A DNA stretch of 62,412 nucleotides, counting the filler. It is 7 parts of 7 records of this genome, joined end to end, with 100 filler letters (N's around TTAATTAATTAA, not from the genome) between each part and the next. Parts side by side here need not be neighbours in the genome. Positions count along the whole stretch, not along the records: positions 55,429 to 62,412 come from DRR723986_5953; 6 more parts are not named here. The stretch is one strand, 5' to 3'. Made by a program: the position numbers and the translations under genes. Positions 59,731 through 62,412 of this stretch are shown here, piece after piece. The notes under the pieces were generated by a model that saw only the letters and a list, made by a program, of their open reading frames with translations, had not been told where the DNA came from and ran no database searches. The first letter of the stretch is position 1; each line of letters begins with the position of its first letter.

Positions 59731-60468
59731 TCAAACCCCTGACGTCGCCAGTGCGTCCTGCAAAATCGGTGCAAGCTTTTCGGCCCATGCCCTTTGTCCG
59801 GCAGTGTCCGCAATCAGATCATTGCGGATCTCGATCAAGGCATTTGGGCGCCCATGATTGCTGCAATGGGTATCGATCGCATCCCCCGGGAGGACGCCCG
59901 TATAGGGTTCGTTCTCACCCACGCACAAATCCCCTTCGGCGTTCAGGCGATTGATCAGGGGGCGGGAAAACCGCTCGTCCGGGGTGAACAAGACGCCGAT
60001 TTCCCATGGCCGTGGCGGACGCCCACGCAGCTGTCGCGTAAAGCTGTGCATCGAAATCACGACGGTATGGGGGAGCGCCGTCATGCGGGCCAGTTGTTCG
60101 TGATAGGGGCGATAGCAGTGTTGTAGCCGCACTTCACGCTCGGCTGCATCGGCGGTGCGATTGCCGGGAATGATGGAACCGTCATAGAGCTTCATCAGCA
60201 GTGTCGGATCATCTTCGCCCCGGTTCGGGTCAATCACGAGGCGCGAAAAGTTTGACGCCACAACGGGCGCATTCAGAACTTCGCCAAGGTGTTGCGCGAC
60301 TCCATAGGCCCCGACATCATAGGCGATGTGGCGTTCCATATCTTCGCGCGGCAAGCCAAGCGTGCCGTTGTTCACAAAAGGGGGAACGGTATTGGTCGCA
60401 TGATCACAGGTGATCAGCCAGCGGGCAGGGCGGTTTTCGCCATGAATGAAAAATGGGGTATAAGTCAT
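59731..60468 (-). CDS. N-formylglutamate amidohydrolase family
   Basis: TCDHA, HIAYDVGA, FSRLVIDPNR, HSFT, NEPY, IEIRNDL. Confidence 0.92.
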   Translation of the reverse strand: MTYTPFFIHGENRPARWLITCDHATNTVPPFVNNGTLGLPREDMERHIAYDVGAYGVAQHLGEVLNAPVVASNFSRLVIDPNRGEDDPTLLMKLYDGSIIPGNRTADAAEREVRLQHCYRPYHEQLARMTALPHTVVISMHSFTRQLRGRPPRPWEIGVLFTPDERFSRPLINRLNAEGDLCVGENEPYTGVLPGDAIDTHCSNHGRPNALIEIRNDLIADTAGQRAWAEKLAPILQDALATSGV

Positions 60469-60584
60469 GTGCCTGTCATCTCTTTGTTCATAGGTGTAAG
60501 GCAGTTATCGAGGAATGGGAATTCCGAGCGCTCACTCTCGGATCATTTCTAGGCAATAAGAACAAATTTCAGGAGAGCAGAGCC

Positions 60585-62030
60585 ATGCGGCGTCTTCGCA
60601 AAGTCAAGATCGTGGCCACTTTGGGTCCCGCGTCGGAAACCTATGACATGATCCGTGCCTTGCACGAAGCCGGGGCCGATGTGTTCCGGCTGAACATGAG
60701 CCATGGGTCGCAGGACGAGATTCGCGAAAAGCACCGTATCATCCGTCAGGTTGAAAAGGATCTGGACAGCCCGATCGCCATCCTTGCCGATTTGCAAGGG
60801 CCCAAGTTGCGGGTCGGGGTCTTTGCCAATGAAGTCGAGGACTTGGTCGAAGACGCAAAGTTTCGGCTGGATTTGGATCCGACGCCGGGGGATATCGCGC
60901 GTGTTTGTCTGCCGCACCCTGAGATTTTTCAGGCGCTTGAGGTAGGTTCACGCCTGTTGGTCAACGACGGTAAGATCAGACTGGTGGTTGAGTCTTGTGG
61001 AGAAGATTTCGCAGAGTGCCGTGTGGAAATCGGCGGCGCGATTTCAAACCGCAAAGGCGTGAATGTCCCGGATGTTGTTCTGCCGTTGGCGGCCTTGTCG
61101 GAAAAGGACCGTTCGGATCTGGAGTTCGTGTGCCAGTTGGGTGTTGACTGGCTGGCCCTGTCGTTTGTGCAGCGGGCCAAAGATGTGTTTGAGGCGCGTG
61201 CGTTGGCCGATGGCCGTGCGGCGATCCTGTCCAAGATTGAAAAGCCTTCGGCTGTTGAGGCGTTCGAGGATATTTTGGACGCATCGGATGGCATTATGGT
61301 TGCGCGAGGAGATCTGGGTGTTGAGCTGCCAGTCTCGGCTGTGCCGCCGATCCAGAAACGATTGGTGCGCAAGTGTCGGGCGGCAGCCAAGCCTGTTATC
61401 GTCGCGACGCAGATGCTTGAAAGCATGATCGAAAGCCCAATGCCGACCCGTGCCGAAGTGTCGGACGTTGCAACTGCGATTTATGAGGGGACAGATGCCA
61501 TCATGCTGAGCGCGGAATCCGCGGCGGGCAGCTACCCTCTGGAAGCAGTGGGAACAATGAATCAGGTTGCGATCGAGGTCGAAGCTGACCCAACATATGC
61601 CCAGATCATCGCCGCCTCGCGTACCGCCAAAGGGACCACGATCGCTGATGGAATTGTCGCAGCCGCACGTGAAATTGCGGAAAAGACGGACATCAAAGCG
61701 ATTTGTTGCTTTACGCAAAGCGGAATCACGGCCTTGTTGACCGCGCGGGAACGTCCCGGTGTGCCCATCATCGCGATGACGTCCCTGACAGGAACCGCGC
61801 GGCGGTTGTGCCTGAGCTGGGGATGCCACTGTGTGATGACGCCAGAATTGACCCGATTTAAGGGCGCGGTGGTAAATGCGGCGCGCGCGGCGCGTGCGGA
61901 TGGGTTTGCGATTGAAACGGACCAGATCGTGATCACCGCCGGGGTACCGTTCAATGTGCCGGGGACGACCAATATCCTGCGGATTGCGCCCTGTGATGAG
62001 CGTTTGATTTACAACACAGATCCGGGCTAA
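60585..62030 (+). CDS. pyk: Pyruvate kinase
   Basis: KIVATLGPAS, RLNMSHG, DLQGPK, MVARGDLG, ATQMLESM. Confidence 0.98.
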   Translation: MRRLRKVKIVATLGPASETYDMIRALHEAGADVFRLNMSHGSQDEIREKHRIIRQVEKDLDSPIAILADLQGPKLRVGVFANEVEDLVEDAKFRLDLDPTPGDIARVCLPHPEIFQALEVGSRLLVNDGKIRLVVESCGEDFAECRVEIGGAISNRKGVNVPDVVLPLAALSEKDRSDLEFVCQLGVDWLALSFVQRAKDVFEARALADGRAAILSKIEKPSAVEAFEDILDASDGIMVARGDLGVELPVSAVPPIQKRLVRKCRAAAKPVIVATQMLESMIESPMPTRAEVSDVATAIYEGTDAIMLSAESAAGSYPLEAVGTMNQVAIEVEADPTYAQIIAASRTAKGTTIADGIVAAAREIAEKTDIKAICCFTQSGITALLTARERPGVPIIAMTSLTGTARRLCLSWGCHCVMTPELTRFKGAVVNAARAARADGFAIETDQIVITAGVPFNVPGTTNILRIAPCDERLIYNTDPG

Positions 62031-62059
62031 GCTGCTTATTGAAAAAGGGATAGGCAGGT

Positions 62060-62284
62060 ATGGATACTGATATTGCTCTGATTGCAGGGCTTATACTGCT
62101 TTTGTTATCCATACCTTCTATGTTATCGGCTTACAGCACTGAGAGAACACCTCGGGCTTCTATGCTGACGCTGTTGATCGCGGGTGGTTTGATCATCTAC
62201 GCGGTTCAAACAAAACCCGGTGGGTATCAGTTGACCGACGTGCCGGATGTTTTTTTTAGCGTTGTGGCACGAATTATTCGCTAA
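62060..62284 (+). CDS. Small membrane protein of unknown function
   Basis: Two hydrophobic segments; KPGGY..DVPDVF. Confidence 0.7.
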   Translation: MDTDIALIAGLILLLLSIPSMLSAYSTERTPRASMLTLLIAGGLIIYAVQTKPGGYQLTDVPDVFFSVVARIIR

Positions 62285-62395
62285 CCCCCTTGCCAGTTTT
62301 CTTAGTTATGCGTAAACGGCGCTTCTGATTGCGCGACCGGCCTAAGTGGCATGCCGAGTCGCGTCCCGTACCGAACCCGAGATAAGGAGACGGAA

Positions 62396-62412
62396 ATGCC
62401 CAAGATGAAGAC
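62396..62412 (+). CDS. rpmI: 50S ribosomal protein L35, start only
   Basis: MPKMK after TAAGGAG RBS. Confidence 0.75.

Overview
The window is not one locus. It is seven unrelated contigs joined by artificial 100-bp linkers (44 N + TTAATTAATTAA + 44 N). (1) 1-8625: housekeeping DNA of probable FCB-group origin (vanZ-like, nnr, uvrA, etfB, etfA, DUF151+UVR nuclease, tRNA 5' end), preceded by a ~400-bp non-coding stretch rich in AGAY repeats and hairpins. (2) 8726-16867: replication/recombination module of an alphaproteobacterial prophage or ICE (AAA_24 ATPase, SSB-like, SF2 helicase, DUF6511-like, Cas4-like nuclease, primase-helicase, a structured putative origin, Zn-finger ORF, RuvC-like). (3) 16968-26834: Rhodobacteraceae-like core (secB, fxsA, Tim44, mltA, Smr, MFS, hydrolase, hslU, membrane protein, hslV, cytochrome c, infB). 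(4) 26935-35396: TRAP transporter, paaZ with a palindromic operator, an inserted secreted protein, paaX, hydrolase, tRNA-Met. (5) 35497-44223: soxCDEF, DUF302, YeeE, SoxH/G-like, LysR, hydantoinase. (6) 44324-55328: pim-like beta-oxidation operon, rpe, sugar epimerase and the C-terminus of a reductive dehalogenase fused to its reductase. (7) 55429-62412: dgcA-dat, CoA transferase, DUF1244, a probable DotA/TraY remnant, FGase, pyk, start of rpmI. I saw no CRISPR array, retron, DGR or rRNA. The best leads are the prophage origin and a shared WxDFNDA motif, the repeat-rich non-coding region at 1-400, the self-sufficient dehalogenase, and an FNR-type box inside the sox cluster. All family calls come from motif recognition by eye; no database search was run.
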